DNA of 47,208 nt from Cyanophora paradoxa CCMP329 (GCA_004431415.1 QPMI01000293.1:1-47208), one strand, 5' to 3'. Numbered from the stretch's first letter, positions 22,801 to 35,413 are shown. Made by a program: numbers and translations. The notes: generated by a model not told the origin, from the letters alone.

Positions 22801-23388
22801 CCGGCATCCGGCGCGCGCAGAGACGCTGCGCTCGTCGGAATCGCTCGCGGCCGCCAACGAGGCCGCCGAGGCCGCCGTGCGCGCCCCCCGCCGCCCCGCC
22901 GGCCCCACCGCCCCGCCCCTCACGCCCCCGCCCCTCGCGCCCCGCCCCGCAGGGAGCCCCGAGGGGAGCGGGAGCGCGAGGGCCGCGCGGGGGCGGCCGT
23001 GCGCAAGACGGCGACCTTCAAGGGGGAAGGGGGCGACGGGGAGGCCGCCGTCGTGTCGCTCACGGGGTTCGCGGAGGAGCGGGGGGCGCCGCGGGCGCGG
23101 CCGCCGGTGCTGCTGCCGCTCGACCGCTCGGGGAGCTCGTCGGGCTCGCCGGCGGGGGCGGTGCCCTCGCTGGGCGCCGACCTCGAGGAGCTGGAGCCGG
23201 CGACGGCCTTCCCCGCCGGGGGCGAGGGCCCCGAGCAGACGCCCGTGTACGAGGTGCTCCCCGCGGGGCCCGGGGCCGGGGCGGGCGAGTTCGAGGGGCC
23301 CTGGGCGGCCCCCGCCCGGGAGCCCCTCCTGGAGGCCGGGGCCCCCCGCCACCGCCACCCCGCCCCCGTCTCCCTCGAGGAGGCCTGA
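16881..23388 (+). CDS. Membrane receptor-like protein: signal peptide, Venus-flytrap (ANF_receptor/PBP1) domain, Cys-rich (GCC2_GCC3/ephrin-receptor-like) repeats, multi-pass TM domain
   Basis: Signal peptide LLLLAVLQSAEA. Flytrap motifs AGFVFAVDLINNDTSILP, LVQISP, ATDPELSQKSLYDGFLRNIPSD, LGWRACGVLYADDSYG, EGISGGIALDANGDR. Cys repeats CPAGAYSQLGFRECRPCPAGSYS. TM region RLLIDHLQF, LDLFRC, FRYSFLFEGYKPRYFYFEIVQIYRKLFLV, MPF. More than 25 introns. Confidence 0.82.
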
Positions 23389-23648
23389 CGCCCCCTCCCG
23401 GCCCCTTCGTCCACAGTTAGTCGCCCTATAGATATAGCTAGTTGTTCGCGCCGCGCCTGTGTATCTCCCCCGCCCGTGCCGTGCCTCTATGCGCCCTCGC
23501 CAAATCCGTATACGCATGCAGCCACGCCCGCTCGGCCTGTGCATGCCGCCCCGCTGCAGCCCCGCGGCGCCGCACGGATTCGGGATGCAGTGAGATGCAT
23601 TACGGCTCTGGCTCGTTGTGGGCGGGTGGAGGGCGGGGCGGGGGGGCT

Positions 23649-25067
23649 CTACGCGAGGGAGAGGTCGTCGGGGTCGATCTTGCCGGCCTTGAGGTCCGCC
23701 CACGACTTGTGCGTCTCCGCGATCACCTGCGCCCCGCACCAGCCCCGTCACCGCGAGGCGGGCCCCGCGAGGCACGGCAGGGCCGCCGGCACCTTCATGG
23801 CGTAGGCCTTGTCCTTGGCCTCGCCGCCGAAGGCGTAGTCGTTGAGGGGCTTGCCGTCCGGGACCTTGTACTCGCGGAACCAGGTGCGGATGTGGTCCAC
23901 CACCCCCGGGAACACCTTCTCCACGTCCCCCAGGTCTGCCCGCCCCCGGCCCCGCCCCGCTCGCGCCCCAGAGGGGGAGACGGGAGACGGAGTGGAGGTG
24001 GCGGGGAGGGGATGGCGAAGGACCGCACCGTTGACCTGGGAGGCCTTGGGGTCGTCGGTGCGGATGGCGATGACCTTCCAGTCGCACTCGCCCTCGTCGA
24101 TGAGGCCGAGCACGCCGAGGACCTTCACCGCCGCCACCGTGCCGATCGCCATCGTCTTCTCCCCGATCTCAACCACGTCCACGGGGTCGTTGTCGCCTGC
24201 CCCGCCCCGCGTTCAGATCGCACTGCCCGCCCCGGCGGCCCCGCCCGGCGCACCGCCGCAGTCGGTGTCCGGCTGGGTGTGGTTCGGGTCCTCCCAGGTC
24301 TGGGGCAGGCAGCCTGCGCGCCCAGGCCGCGTCAGCGCCGCGCTGGGCGGCCGGCGGGGCGCCCTCGGCACCGTAGTTGAAGGGCATGTCGCCGTAGGTG
24401 TAGTACCTGCCGCCCCGCGCCGCGCGTCAGCCGGCCCTCCCCGCCGCCGGCCGCCCGGGGAGGCGGGGAAGGGGCGGACCGGAGGGCGCCCTTCTTCGTG
24501 TCCTGCTTGATGGGCGTGGTCTTCTCGTCGGTGGCGACCTCCATCTTGGCCTTGGTGCTGCGCGTGCCGCCTTCGCCCCCCGCGCCGCGCCGGCGGCTCG
24601 CAGGGCATGGGCGGCGCACTTCTTCGGGATCTCGAAGACGCCGTTGACGACGGCGTTGGCCTGGTCCACGTACAGGGGGATGTCGTGCCACGGCGAGATG
24701 CGCTTGCCATCCTTCTGGATGAAGACGCGGTACTCAAGGGTCTCCGGGGTGCCGACCGGCTCAGCAGTGATCGCGCTCATGCGCACGACCATCTGGGACC
24801 TGCCAGCGAGCGTCGGTTGGGCATTCGCAACGGGTGGCGAGTGCGCGCGGCTGGGTGGCGTGCTCACGCGGTGAACGAACGCGCCGCCTCATAGCGGATC
24901 GTGCGATCGCCGAAGAAGCTCTTCTCGAGCTTGGACGGGCGGACGGCGGCCGAGGCGACGGCGAAGGCGCGCTTCACCGGGGAGGCCGCAACGTGCGAGC
25001 TGATCCGAGCAATGCGGGCGGCGGCACGGCCGATGGGGGCGAGCGGGACGGCGAACGCGACCTCCAT
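23649..25067 (-). CDS. PPA: Soluble inorganic pyrophosphatase (family I, eukaryotic type) with plastid transit peptide
   Basis: Eight exons splice cleanly with seven GT-AG introns: ISPWHDIPL, EIPKNTKAKMEV, IKQDTKKGALRYY, FNYGCLPQTWEDP, GDNDPVDVVEIG, LIDEGECDWKVIAI, WFREYKVPDGK. N-terminus MEVAFAVP...KSFFG...VVRM/S. Confidence 0.97.
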
Positions 25068-25148
25068 TTTTGACGAACTACAGATCTGCCTCTCGCGTAC
25101 CCGGCTACGTCTCGTCCCCCCGGGTCTGGCGCTCCTCGCGCGGCTGCG
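25068..25148. promoter_or_regulatory. Putative bidirectional promoter/5'UTR segment between divergent PPA and NOL11-like genes
   Basis: Only 81 bp separate the two inferred start codons (25067 minus, 25149 plus). Confidence 0.55.
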
Positions 25149-28100
25149 ATGCTGTCTGAGTCGGAGATCGCGTCTTTCCTGCTCCCGGAGCCCAGCAGCT
25201 CCGTCGTTGGGGCTAGCCGGGGCCAGCGCCGGCGGCACATCCTCCTCACCCTCACCCAGGCTGTCCAGGTCCACGATGTGCGTGACCCGCTTGCTTCAAG
25301 CAGTCACCTCGCCGCCCCCTCGCCCCCCTGGGCTCCAAATCGCGCCGGCCCTGATCGCGCGTCGGCGCCGCTCACCACGCGTCCCGCGCGCACGCAGGCC
25401 GAATCGCGCCAGATCATTAAGAGCTGGACTACGAAGCCATCGGCGCAGTTCTCGCTTGCGGCGGTCTGGCGAGACGGACGCATCTACGCTGTGCAGAAGC
25501 GGAACACGCTGATCTGCTGGTCCGAGGTGGACGAGGCGCTCGATCGCGCCAAGACTCGCACGGTCGGCGCCTATTGTGATCGATACGCCGCCCCGAGTGC
25601 TGACTTCCCGGGCGCCGCGCCTTCGCCGCGCAGTTCGATGGCGAGATCAGCTACGTACGCGCGCTGGAGCGGGGCCCGGTGCTGGTCGTGACGGCGAGCG
25701 GGACGGTGAGCGCTTGCGACCCGGCGACGCTGGCGGTCCGGTGGACGGAGTCGCTGCTCGACGGCGAGGCCTCCTCGTGCGCCGCGGCCGCCGCAGCGCC
25801 CCGCCGCGCCCTGCCGACGCCGCCGGCCGGCAGGCACGGCGCGGTGGCGGAGCACGTGTTCGCGCACAGCAGCGGGGCGGGGGACGGGGTGTACGCGGTG
25901 CTGCGGCGCGGGCACGAGTACACCCTCGCCGTTCACCTCGTCGTCCACGAGGAGAAGGGCGCCCGCAGGCTCCTGCCCCAGGGCTCCTACCCCCTTCCCG
26001 GCCCCGCCACCGCCTCGAAGGTGCGCCCCGCCCGCAAGGCGGCCCGCCAAGCCGGGGCCCGCCGGGGCGCCGACGGGGCGCGCAGAAGCAGCACGCGCGG
26101 CTGGTCGCGTGCGACGTGCTCCCCTCCGCCGCCGGCGCCCTCGCCCTCCTCTGTGCGCCCCGCCCGCCCGCCGCCGCCACCGCCGCCTCGTCTCGCGTGG
26201 CCGACGGCGGGATGGCGGGTGCGCAGGGTCGGACGGGAGCTGGGAGGTGCACGCCTTCGCGGCGAACCCGCTCGCGCAGACCGGCGCCGCCCTCGTCCGC
26301 CGCGTCCACCAGCGCCTCTCCTGCTTCGAGCTCCCCGCCCCAGCCGCCCCCGCCGCCAAGACCCGGCCAAGGGCAAGGCCGGGAGGCCGGCGCGGGGGCC
26401 CCGCGGGGCCTGCTCCTGGCGGCCGTGAGCGACACGCACGTGGCGATCGCCGGCACGCGCGCCGGCTCCTCGAGCGGGGAGAGTGCGCGCGCCTCGCGGG
26501 GCCCCGGGCGCGGGCGGGGCGGGGGCTGAGCGAAGTGCAGAGCTGCTGACGGTGTGGGACGCGGTGTACGGGTCGGCCCACGCGGTGCACGCCCTCGCGG
26601 AGGCCGACGAGGGCCCTGCCCCTCCGCCCCGCCCCGCCCCGCCCCTGGGCCCTCGTCGCCGTGCGGCCCCGCGCCCCGCCCCGCCGCGCGTCCCTCGGCC
26701 ACGCCGCGGGGGCGCTCACGACGAGCGCAGCTGGCGAGCTGCGTCAAGGGCGCGCCGGCGGTGGGGGCGGAGCAGGGGCGGTGGGGTACCTGGCGGTGTG
26801 CGGGGCGAGGAGCCTGCGGGCCTGCTCGCTCGCGCTGCGGCCGGCGACGCTGGCGGCGGCCCTCGCCGGGCACGAGCGCACCCGCGCCCTCGCCCCCCAG
26901 GAGCCCCTCGCCGCTGCCGGCGCCCCGCTCCAGGCCGCGCCCCTCGACCTCAGGGTCCGCCCCGCCCCGCCGAACTCGGGGGCGGCGGCTGACGCGGGGC
27001 GGGGCAGGGGCTGGCGGGGGAGGCGGACCTGGCGGCGCTGGCGCGGGGGGCGCGGGAGGAGCAGGAGCGGGAGGCGGCGGCCGTGCGGGCCCTCCTCGAG
27101 GCCTCCTTCCCCAACGAGGCCGCCTTCCTCGCCGCCTTCCGCCCCTGGGCCGCCGCCCGCCTCGGCCCAGCCCCGTCCCCGGCCCCCGAGGCGCCGGCCG
27201 AGGCGGACGCCAACAAGGCGGACACGGGCGCGAAGAAGGGCAAGAAGAAGGCGGAAGCCAAGGCTGAGGCCGAGGCCCCGGCGGCCGCCGCCGCTGCGGC
27301 GAGCCCCTCAAAGGCGGCCAAGGCCAAGGGCAAGCCGGCCGCCAGCGAGGTGCGAGGGCGCGGCCTGCCGCGGGGCGCCGCGGGCGGGGCCGAGGGCGGG
27401 GCGGGCAGGGGCGGGGCGTGAACGGGCCGTACGTGGCGGCGCTGGCGGAGAAGTGCGCGGGGGCCGGCTACTGGACGGCGCTGGGGGAGCTGCTGGGGAC
27501 GGGGCGGGTGCAGGCGTCGGAGGGCCTGCTCAAGGCGGTGCTCGAGTCGGGGCGGGGGGAGGCGCTGGAGAGGTACCTGCTGCAGGCCGCCGGCGTGCCC
27601 GAGTGGGAGGCCATCCGCGCCCTCCGCCACCTCCTCGCCCTCGACCCCTCCTCCCCGGGCCTCGCCCCCCTCGCCCGCTCCCGCGCCCGGCTCGCCACCG
27701 CCCCCGCCCCCGCCCCGCTCCTCGCCCGCGACACCCCCATCGAGCATCTCCTGTGCGCCGCGCCCCGCCCCACGCCGCCGGCTGCGGAGGCGCTGACGCG
27801 GGGCGCAGGCGGGCGCTGGTGTGCCTGCCGCGCAGCGACCTCTTCATGGTGCAGTGCCTGCGGGCCCTCTCCGCCCGCGAGACCGCCGTGCGCCTCGCTC
27901 TCACGCCCGCCCTCGCTCCGGGCGCCCGGGGCCTCACGCGCCGGCGGGCAGGTGCTCCTCCGATTCCTCCGCAAGTGGCTGCGCCGCTACGTGCGGCACC
28001 GGGAGGGGGAGTGGCGGGCGGCGGGGGCTGCGACGGGCGAGCGGATCCCGTCGCTGGGGCAGCTACTGGACTGGGCGGGGATGCTGCTGGACGCCCAGTT

Positions 28101-28358
28101 CGCGGCGCTCGCCCTGCGCCCCGAGCTCAGGCCCCTCGTCACCGACACCGCCGCCCTCTGCCGCGCCCTCACACTCTCCTGCGCCCGCCTCGCCCCCATC
28201 AAGGTCCCCTCCCCGCGCCCCCCGGCCCAAGCCCTAGCCGTGCCCCCGACCCAGTCCGCCGCTCCGCGCAGGACTACATCAACTTCATCGTGGCCGAGAA
28301 GGGGCCCCTCCCGAGCCGGCCCATCGGCGCCTACACCGTCGAGCTTGTCGAGCTGTAG
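25149..28358 (+). CDS. NOL11: Nucleolar protein 11 (NOL11/Utp8-like)
   Basis: N-terminal IIKSWTTKPSAQFSLAAVW...YAVQ...LICWSE. C-terminal LRFLRKWL...IPSLGQLLDWAGMLLDAQFAAL and terminal GAYTVELVEL*, which match my recollection of NOL11-family signatures. Confidence 0.75.
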
Positions 28359-29144
28359 CCAGCTTCGAAGTTTCTCGCTGGCATGTAGCGCCGGCATTCT
28401 CTTGAATCGATCTCTCTCGCCTACGCGAGCGCCCCCCTCCTCGAGGGCGGCCGCGCCCTCACGGGCGCGCGCCGCCATCGCGAACATGTATACGTGAGCA
28501 GGCCGAAGGCAGGAGCTGGCGGCCGCGGGCCGGCGCGGGGGTAGCGATCGCGACCTGGCGGAGTTGCAGCTGGCGCGGGGGCCGCAGGGGGGCGGTCGAC
28601 GTCCGGATCCGGAGAAGAGGACCGGGCCCGGAGGCGGCGGCCGAGCCTCGGAGCTCGAGTGGGCCCGGCCCTCCTGGCGCTCCGAGGCTCGCGATCGGGG
28701 GTTCCTTCGCCGACGAGCTCTCGAGGCCGCCTCCTTCCATGCCACCTTCCGCCCCTAGCTTCGAATTCGCGTGCATGCGTTGCAATTGGTGGAGAGCGTC
28801 CCAGCTGCAGCTGGCATCTGCAAGACCCCATGGCCATCTCTTTCCACCTGGGGGGGCAATCGGGGGATACACGTGCACGGCACGCATCTCGAAATTTGAA
28901 GACAGCAAGCGACTTCGACGCGCGATCGCGTAGCCCGAATCAAGTATATTCTTCGGCGGTGGCGTGTGCGTCTACCAGCTTGCGTCACGACGAGTGTAGG
29001 CCGCGGGTGAAACACTGCGCTATTCGAACGCGCCCCAACTACCGAACGCGAGCGCCTCGCGCCCTAGCGCTCTTTCGATTCCCTCCTCTCAGCGCCCGAG
29101 CGCGGGTTCGTTCATCGACGAATGCTGATGCACTTGACACGCTG

Positions 29145-32100
29145 ATGGAGGTGCCTGGGTGTTCTTGCTTCGCTCTGGCGAATAGACTAGGTTTTCGAAT
29201 CTCAAATCGCACGCGCTCTGGGCGCAGGTCGAACAAGCAACGACCTCACTCGCGGGGGAGGCCCTTCCGGTGGATTATTGCCTCACAGGCTGGCGACGAG
29301 TGCAGGCGGTTCTGCAGCAGTGCCTCGAGACATGCGGATCGGACTACAGCAGGAGCGATCCTGCCCAGCTTAGCAGTTGTTGCGGGTGCGAGCTGTTTCG
29401 CGCAGCTATGCCGATGCTGCTGTCACGTTTGTTGCTCTGACAGAGCGGGCAATTCAACGTCTATGTGGGCCTTTTGGTCGCTCTGGAATCGCCAGCTCAC
29501 TTGTTCACGCAGCATCATCACGACCCTCCTGCCTCTCGCTGGGCAAGATCCGAGAAGCGCCTCGCTTTGGGAGTGCTCGGCGCGATTGATTGCTGCTTCC
29601 GGAGCTCCCGAACAAGCTCTCCGAGTGCGCCTTTATTTTCGAACGCCGTTCTTCGCCTTGCCTGATCGACCTCCGTGCGCTTCTCCGAACAGGTTCTGCT
29701 CGCCGCGTCAGCAGTGCCCTTCGCAGATGCAGATCGCTCGAAGCTGGCCGACCTGGCTTCGGCTGAGGCGCTGCGGGCCGCTGACTCTGCTTTGCAAGAG
29801 CGCGTCGTATCCAGGTTCGCGAGAGCCTTTCTTGCCTCCCGCCATCCGGACGCGCTCTCGCGGCGAGGTTGCGCCTATCTCTTCCCGCTTTCTTATTTGC
29901 GGCTCGCCGCTCTCTTGCCCTCTTTCGCGCCGGTTCCTGTCCTCCGTCAGTCTGTCGGGGTTGGAGGCCAGCTCGAGCAACTCGTCGTCGTCTATCGTCC
30001 GCATCGCGGGGCTGAACAGCCTCCCCTCGTGGTCTGCTTTCAAGCAGACCTTGGCGCCCGTGTGGGCCCGCGTCAAGGCCGACCCCGCGGACGCGGGGGC
30101 CGTCCAGGTGAGGCCGCCGGCCCCGCGCATCGAGCCCCGCTCGAGGATCCCTCCCAACGCCCGAGCAGCAGCTCGTTTCGCTCTTCGAGACCGCGATCTC
30201 GGAGACTTCCCTTCGCTTTGACGTGCTCGCCGATGATGTGCGCGCCGCTCACATCGAGCTCGGCTGCGACCCCATCTTCTTTCCCCTCTGGCGCCTCGTC
30301 TGCAGGCTCATCAAGGCCGGCGTCTCGGTCCGCTCCCCGCCAGCCCCCGCCCGCTGGCCCCGCACCGCTGACAGGCGGGGCAGGAGGTGTACGTGCTGCC
30401 GGCGTGCGAGCGGCTAGCGACGCGGTTGGCGGAGTTCATCGGGCGGCTGCAGCTGCAGCAGGAGGGCCGGGAGCGCGCGGCGGCCGTCTTCGCGTCGTTC
30501 GCGTCGTTCCTGAGCCGCTGCGCGACGACGACGTTCGCGCCGTGCCCGGAGGCGTGGCGCCTACTCGGCATGATCCACGAGGCCATGCACGGGCCCCTCT
30601 TCGGCGACCGCTCCCTCCCGGAGGCCCTCTCCATCGCCCAGGGGTCCGCCCCGCCCCGCACCGCCCCTCCCACACCACCTGACGCCCCCGCTCGCAGCAT
30701 CTACCACGACGGTCTGAGCTACTGCCCGCCAGAGCGGCCGCACCCCGGCCTCGTGATCGCCGGCGCCTCTGTGCAGGCCCGCCTGCAGCCCGAGGCCTTG
30801 GACCTCGCCCGCGCCTACTTCCAGCACGGTGCCGCACCCGCCGCCCCGCCGCCCCCGCACGGCCGGCGCGAGCCGGGGCGCAGCGGTGGAGCGGTGGACG
30901 GGGGTGAGCGGGGAGGAGGCGGGGGCGGGGGAGGCGCTGCAGACGCTCTTCGGGGAGCACATCCGCTTCGAGCGCGCCCTCCGCCAGTGGCGCCAGGTCC
31001 AGGCCGTCCACGAGCTCGCCTGCTCCACCCCGGCCGTCCGCCCGCCCCCACGCCCCTTCCGTTTCCCGCCCCGTCCTGCCGACGCCGCCGCACAGCTGGC
31101 GTGCCAGGCGAAGACGTGGATCGAGTACGCGCAGCACTGGGTGGAGCGCAAGAGCGTGCAGAACGCGCGGCACGTCTACGCGCGGGCGCTCGCGTCGCCG
31201 CACCTGCGCGCGCCCGAGCAGGCGGCCGGCGAGTGGTCCGAGGAGCTCGAGCGCGTGCTGCAGGCGTGGCTCCTCATGGAGCGCCAGGGCGGCCCCGCGG
31301 AGCTCTCCGCCCGCGACCTCCGCCGCCTCGCCGCCCAGGTCGAGGAGCTCAAGGTGCGGCGCCCGCCTGGCCCCCGGCCCCGCCGCTGAGCAGCGAGGCG
31401 CGTGGGGCAGGGCTCGGGGCTCTCGCTGGCGGATCTCGCGGCGGGGGACGAGAACCTCGTGCGCGGCGGCGTGCTCCACGACGGGCCCGCCGACTCGCCG
31501 TCGGCCGCCCGCACCAGCGGCGGCTCGCCCGGCCCCGCCGCGGGATCCTCGGGGATCCCAACACCGGCGGCGGGGAGCCCGGAGCCGGCTGGGGGGCCCT
31601 CGGAGACGCCGGCGGCGCTCGTGCGGGTGATCAGGCCGCTGGAGGGGGAGACGGGGCGGAGGAGGAGGAGGAGGAAGGGGCCCTCGAGGCCGGCGAGCTC
31701 CCCGACGAGCCGGCCCCCGCACCCGCCCCTGCCGCCGAGCCGGCCCCGAGCGCCCACGCCGCCGCCGAGGAGGGCGGCCGGGCGCGCCGCAGCAGCGGCG
31801 CGGCGGCCGAGGACGGGCGCCCCCAGGACGGAGCGCGCGATTCGGCGGCCGAGGCGCCGCGCGCGAGCGGGTCGCGGGAGGCGCGGGCGGACGGGGAGGT
31901 CGAGGACGGCGAGATCGGCGAGGAGGCGGCGGCGGCCAAGGTCGAGTCGTCGAGCTCGCGGCGGCGGCGGCGGCCCGTGCTCGACGACGATGAAGAGGGC
32001 GGCGGGATGACAATGCGCGCCGACCGCGAGCAGGCGCTGCAGCAGGAGCAGGCCAAGCGGGCGAAAGAGCGCGAGCGGCGGGAGCGGGAGCGGGACCGCG

Positions 32101-34990
32101 AGCGCGAGCGCGAGCGGGAGGAGGAGGAGCGGGAGCGAGAGCGCGAGCGGGAGAAGCGGAAGGAGCGGCGGGAGCGGGAGAAGCGCGAGGAGCGCGGCCG
32201 CTCGCGCCGCGACAAGGACCGCGACCGCTCCTCGTCGCCGGAGCGGACGAAGAAGAAGTGCGCGGGGCACCTCGCGTGCGGGCCACGGTGCGCTCACGGG
32301 CCCCGCAGGAAGAAGAAGAAGACACGCTCGCCGTCGCGCTCTAGCTCGCGCTCCCGCTCCCGCTCGCGGAGCCGGGAACGCGGCCGCAAGCGGCGCGACC
32401 GCTCGCGCGAGCGCTCGCGCTCGACGGGCCGCTCGCGGGAGGCCGACGAGCGCAAGGAGAAGAAGAAGGCGAGCCGGTGGGAGCCGGCGCCGACGCAGGC
32501 CGCAGCCAAGCCGGCGGCCGCCGCCGCCACCACCGCGCCGGCCGTCTACTACGTGCCCCAGCCGGTCTACGCCGCCGTCGTCCCCGGCGGCGCCCCCGCC
32601 TACGCGGCAGCCGCGGCAGCCGCCCCCCGGCCGGCCCCCGCCCCCGCCGCGCCGGCTCCCGTAGCCCCGGCGCCGCCTGTCCCGCTCCGCCTCCCCTCGC
32701 TCCTCCACGGGCCCATCCCGCGCCCGCAGACCTCCCTCATGCACCTCCTCCCGGGCGCCCCCGGGCGCTACGCCCCTCCGCCCCCGCCCGGCGGCACCTC
32801 GTCGAGCTTCCCTGGCGGCCCTCCGGGCGTGGCAGCTGGGGCCTCGCCACCCGCCCTCGCGCCTCCGGGCGTGCCGGGGATTTTCGCCGCGGCATCGGCG
32901 GCGGCGGCGGCGGAGGAGCTGCCGCCGGGGGCGGATTCGATGCCGGACGGCCTGGACGACGAGCTGCCCCCGGGCGTCGAGCCGGCCTCCTTCTACGCAG
33001 CCCCGGCCCCCGCCCACGCCCCGCCCCCGGCCTGGGCAACTCCCGCCCCCAACCCCCTCCTCGTTCCGCCCCCGGCCCCGTCCCCAATTCCTGCTGCGCC
33101 CCCGGCGCCGGTTCCCATGCCCCTCCCGCCGCCCGGACCCCCAGCCGCTCCTGCCGTCCCTCACGCCCCTGCCCCCGTCCCCCTCCCGCCACCTTCCGAC
33201 CCCCCCGCGGCGCCCGTGTTCGCCCCGGCGGCGGCCCCCGCGATCACGATGGCGGGCAAGCTGGCGGCGCCGATCATTCTCCCCCCGGGGGTGCCGGCGC
33301 TGACACCGGTGCTGCCCCCGGTGGCCTCGTCGGCCCCCCCGGCGCCCAGCCCGACCTCGTACACAGCCCTCGCCGCCGCCATCCCCCGCCCCGCCTCCGC
33401 CGCCGCCCCGGCCCCGCCCTTCGCCGCCCCCATCATCCTCCCCCCCGGGGCGCCCCCCCTGCGGCCCGCCACCGCTCCACCCAGCGTCCCCTTCGGGGCA
33501 GCCCAGCGATCGGCACCCGTCCCGCTTCCCATGCCGGGCGCCGCCGCCGGCCGCGGCGCCGGCGTCTGGAATGGCCCCGCTGCAGGCGCGTGTTGCGTTT
33601 CCCGGGCCCTCGCGTCGGCTGATCGGGGCGCGCAGGCTCGGCGCCGTGGGGCGCGGCGGCGGCGGCGGCCGGCGCGGCGCGTGCCTCCCGCTGGGACACC
33701 TCCAAGGAGGACTACGAGGTGAGCAGCCCAGGCGCGGCCCCCCGCGCCGAGCTCGACGCGGCGGGGCAGCGGGAGAAGGAGAAGGAGGAGCGGGACAAGG
33801 TGAAGGAGAAGGGGCGGGACCGCGACGGCCGCCGGGAGCGCAAGGACCGCGACCGCCGCTCCCGCTCCCGATCGCGCTCGCGCTCCCGCTCGAGAGAGCG
33901 GGAGGAGCGCGAGCGCCGCGAGCGCGAGCGCGAGCGCGAGCGGGAGGAGCGTGAGCGGCTGGAGAAGGAGAAAGCGGGAAGCCGCTTCCAGCGCGGCTCC
34001 TTCCGCGGGCGGGCCCCCGAGACGGTGCGCCCTCGCCCAGCGCCAGCCGCCGGCGCGGGCCGGCCTGGGAGAGGCGTGAGGCGGGGCCGGGGTGCAGGCG
34101 AAGCCGGGGCAGCACGACGAGAAGTTCTCGCTGGACGCGAAGCTGCTCGAGTCGTTCTTGAAGCAGAGCGCGGAGAAGGCGAAGGAGGCGGAGATGCTGG
34201 GCGCCCTGCTGCGGCAGCGGCCCGAGGCCGACCCCGCCGCCATCGCCATCGCCCAGCGCGAGGAGGCCCTCCGCCACACCCTCCGCGCCATGCGCCCGCC
34301 CTCCCCCGCCGCCTCCTCCGGGCCCGCCACACCCCGCGGCACCCTCCCCCTCGCCCCGGCCACGGCCCTCGCCCCCGCCGCCCCCGCCCCAACCTTCATG
34401 CCGGCGCTACCGCAGGCGCCGGCGCCCTTCGGGGCGCCCGCTGCGGGGCCCGGCGGGAGGCGGCAGCGCTGCCGGCGGCGCTGCAGCGGGACGTGCAGAC
34501 GGCGATCCTGCGCGAGGGGCGGCGCTGCTGCAGGCGGTGCACAGCCTGCCGCACATCCAGGCCGCCAAGGCCGCCGAGCAGGAGCCGCGCCGCGCCGAGC
34601 TCGCCCGCCGCCACCAGGCCCACCGCGACGCCCACGAGCGCCTCGTCAGGTGCGCCCCGCCGCCTCTCGCCGCTGCGCTCGCGCGGGGCCGGCTGACGCG
34701 GGGGCAGGGAGCGGCGGAAGGGCAAGGGGCCGGAGGAGCTGCTGGCGCTGGCGGCGGTGGAGGAGGCGGAGCGGGAGGAGGCGGGGCGGGCGCTGCGGGA
34801 GGAGGCGGAGGCGCTGGAGGGGGCGCTCGCGCGGGAGCTCTCGGAGGGGACGCAGCGGGCGATGGCGCAGGCCGGCGTCCCGGGCTTCTTCGTCACGAGC
34901 GACCCGACGCTCGTCGCCCAGCAGGCCGCCGTCCTCGCCTGGATCGCCGCCCACGGCGACCACCTCCTCGCCGCCGGCCGCCTCCCCTAG
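29145..34990 (+). CDS. Large protein with HAT/TPR-like repeats, RE/RS-rich and Pro-rich regions and a C-terminal DGCR6-like domain
   Basis: HAT-like LFGEHIRFER and TWIEYAQHWVERKSVQNARHVYARAL; RSRSRSR/ERERE tracts; C-terminal TQRAMAQAGVPGFFVTSDPTLVAQQAAVLAWI. The start and single-gene model are inferred, and indels are present. Confidence 0.6.
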
Positions 34991-35413
34991 GCCCCCGCCC
35001 CCAGCGCACCCCGCCAGATCACTTCCGCCTTGCTCGATCCCCATCCCCGATATTTTTCCAATACAGCACTCCAACCGAGCGCCCGACAAGCGGCATGCTT
35101 CAGAACTTGTCGTTCATGGATTTTTGACGCCGCACGCGATGTCTGCTAGCCGATTTGACTAGCGCTGGCTGTGTTCGCGTCCATCTACGCCCGAAATCAG
35201 CTTTTTGGACCGGACAGAGTGCGCTCTTCGAATTCTTTGAAACAGGCGTTCATGCTCTACAGACCGACATAGAGAGCTAGCCAGCTCAGGGCACTGTACA
35301 CGTGACGTCGATATCGAGGATGCAGCTAGAGCCGAGGCACGATCGCCTGGGGGCGTCGCCAGCAGCCCGGCGGCACGGGGACCGGCCGGCTCCGTGGCGG
35401 CCGGGCCGGGGCC

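Noticed and set aside
28421-28908. Possible small minus-strand gene (MEGGGLESSSAKEPP...) between NOL11 and the HAT gene
   Set aside because: No recognisable motif, no host-style introns and several equally open frames, so it cannot be supported.
31990-32470. GAGCGG/GAGCGC and TCGCGC runs as a non-coding satellite
   Set aside because: They are in frame and encode the RE/RS tracts of the HAT-domain protein.
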